From: a virus
Length of the DNA stretch: 64,000 bases
Strand: one strand, 5' to 3'
Virus record (IMG/VR): IMGVR_UViG_3300010392_005355
Span: 9,611-73,610 of that record
Below the pieces are notes generated by a model. The model was not told the DNA's origin. It searched no databases and saw nothing but the letters and a program-made list of their open reading frames with translations. The translations under genes were made by a program, and so were the position numbers. Within the stretch, counting starts at the first letter, position 1; each line of letters opens with the position of its first letter. Shown here one piece after another: positions 63,122 to 64,000 of the stretch.

Positions 63122-64000
63122 TTGGCTCTTGACCCTTACAAGGTGCTCGGCGTGGACCGCAAAGCCAGCGAGGCCGAGATCAAGAAGGCCTACCGGCAGA
63201 AGGCGAAAGCCCTGCACCCCGATTTGCACCCGGATGACGACAAGAAAGCGGAAGAGTTCAAGCGCGTCTCCCAGGCCTGGGATATTCTGGGCGACAAGGA
63301 GAAGCGCGCGAAATTCGACCGCGGCGAGATTGATGGCGACGGCAACCCGGCCGGCTTTGGCGGCGGTGGCTTCCCGGGCGGCGCGCCCGGTGGCGGCGGG
63401 TTCCGCTGGGAATCACGCAGCGGCGACCCGTTTGGCGGCGCGCAGGGAGACCCGTTCGAGGATATCCTGTCCGGCATGTTCGGCGGACGCGGACGGCGCA
63501 ATGCCGGCCCGATGAAGGGCCGCGACGTGCGCTATCGCGTGGCCATCGATTTTGCAGATGCCGTGACCGGCGCCCGCCGCCGCATGACCATGGCCGATGG
63601 CACGGCGCTGGATGTGAACATTCCCGCCGGCATCGAGAGTGGCCAGACGCTGCGCCTGAAAAGCCAGGGCCAGCAATCGCCGAATGGCGGCCCGCCCGGA
63701 GACGCGATGCTGGAGGTTGAAGTCAAACCCAGCAAAGTGTGGGAACGGGACGGCAAGGATATTCGCATGAGCGTGCCGGTCAGCCTGAAAGTGGCTGTGT
63801 TGGGCGGCAGTGTGGATGTGAAGACCCCCTCCGGCAGCGTGACACTGAAAGTGCCTGCGGGCTCCAATACCGGCTCTCAGCTGCGCCTGCGCGGGAAGGG
63901 CGTGCAATCCACCCCGCCCGGCAATCTCTATGCGCGGCTGGAGATCGTGCTGGATGACCCCAAGGATGAAAGCCTCAAGAAATGGGCAGAGGGGCAGTAA
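63122..64000 (+). CDS. DnaJ-family class II co-chaperone (no zinc finger)
   Basis: J domain with HPD, G/F-rich linker, DnaJ C-terminal domain; TTG start after AAGGA. Confidence 0.93.
   Translation: MALDPYKVLGVDRKASEAEIKKAYRQKAKALHPDLHPDDDKKAEEFKRVSQAWDILGDKEKRAKFDRGEIDGDGNPAGFGGGGFPGGAPGGGGFRWESRSGDPFGGAQGDPFEDILSGMFGGRGRRNAGPMKGRDVRYRVAIDFADAVTGARRRMTMADGTALDVNIPAGIESGQTLRLKSQGQQSPNGGPPGDAMLEVEVKPSKVWERDGKDIRMSVPVSLKVAVLGGSVDVKTPSGSVTLKVPAGSNTGSQLRLRGKGVQSTPPGNLYARLEIVLDDPKDESLKKWAEGQ

Overview
Alphaproteobacterial chromosome segment, probably Caulobacterales/Hyphomonadaceae (inferred from the GTA layout). (1) <1-~41.65 kb: the right ~42 kb of a lambdoid siphovirus prophage; its integrase and left end lie outside the window. 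It contains a leftward early operon, a cI/cro switch with operators, a replication gene with an internal iteron ori, LexA-like, MT-A70, DnaA-IV-like and GcrA-like genes, and a late promoter followed by a tRNA-shaped ~240-nt ncRNA candidate. The head module has a portal-Acb1 fusion, a MuF-ADP-ribosyltransferase fusion and a glycosyl/acyl-transferase cassette. The tail module has a -1 frameshift chaperone, followed by lysis genes and right-end morons. (2) tRNA-Gly(TCC) at 41677-41750 is the probable right boundary. (3) Host genes follow: diguanylate cyclase, phytase and a TonB-dependent receptor with Pho boxes. (4) 48.0-63.1 kb: an RcGTA-like gene transfer agent cluster, split between terL and portal by an antisense parA-partner-DUF559 operon, then a DnaJ-family gene. 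The most striking observation is a 28-aa prophage peptide below the ORF-track size cut-off (40740-40826). Its C-terminal 11 residues (YFGRKCFRTGK*) match the C-terminus of the host ParA-partner protein inside the GTA cluster (YFGRKAFRTGG*), which suggests molecular mimicry. All family calls are by motif recognition and synteny; no searches were run.
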